From positions 123,210,897 through 123,274,896 of the forward strand of contig NC_085845.1 of assembly GCF_035594765.1 (NCBI RefSeq): 64,000 bases of DNA, given 5' to 3'. This DNA comes from Anolis carolinensis. Its lineage: Eukaryota. Made by a program: the position numbers and the translations under genes. The stretch's first letter is position 1. Every line of letters starts with the position of its first letter. Under the pieces are notes generated by a model, which was not told the origin of the DNA, did no database searches, and saw only the letters and a program-made list of their open reading frames with translations. Below, piece after piece: positions 63,426 to 64,000 of the stretch.

Positions 63426-64000
63426 TTTCACTTGTGTGCTAGATGCAGAAACTCAAACAGGAATGAGCCTGATGATCTTACTCAGGCAACAGATTAGTAG
63501 AAAAGGAAAACATCTTCTTACCTTCTTTTAGTAGAATCAGTGAAATTTCTTGGGAGGGAATCATAACGTACTGTAACTTAATTTAGCCTAAAACAGAATT
63601 CAAAGCAAATGTGAAGTCTGTGTAGTGATATACAAGCAGGAATTCTAAGAGAACTAAACTAACTTTGATAAGGTTAGCAGAATATTCAGGTTTCCTACAT
63701 CCGCAGTAGTTGCAAAAATACTGATATCTCATGGGATGGTTGGAAGGGTACAGAGTAAAAGTGAAAAATGTCTAGCCTATTGAGGGGTTTTATTAACAAA
63801 CCTGAATATCTCTGAGGAAATTCTGTAGCTTTTGTTTTGTCCTACTCTTTTTGAATGACCAATGACATTTTACTTCACATGGCAGCTAGCTAAAATTTAT
63901 ATTTTATCCCAATATCTGCTGGAAAGAAAGGTAATTTGATGTGATAGTTGCTGGAAAACTGGTAGATGGTGCATATATTGGATTTTTGATGGATGGAATA

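Overview
Vertebrate, squamate (Anolis-like) intronic or intergenic DNA, inferred from a repeat complement of Sauria SINEs, BovB, Penelope, CR1, L2, L1, Dong/R4, Gypsy-type solo LTRs and hAT/Tc-mariner MITEs. I could not support any host protein-coding exon, tRNA, rRNA or CRISPR array; long ORFs are TE remnants or translated microsatellites. Family names come from motif recognition, not database searches. Highlights: (1) several unrelated solo LTRs carry an acidic ORF in frame from LTR nucleotide 2, ending in an RRSxR(I/L)-like basic motif, and one contains DESFEGF (an FxGF, LEDGF-IBD/TND-binding-type motif), suggesting a U3-encoded chromatin-tethering integrase tail; (2) an ~860-bp fold-back palindrome in which a hAT element contains an inverted copy of its own left end plus 204 bp of host flank; (3) a modular non-autonomous hAT family carrying fragments of other TEs; (4) Penelope minimal hammerhead ribozymes; (5) Dong/R4 and BovB copies with inverted 5' leader segments; (6) several nested insertions with intact TSDs.
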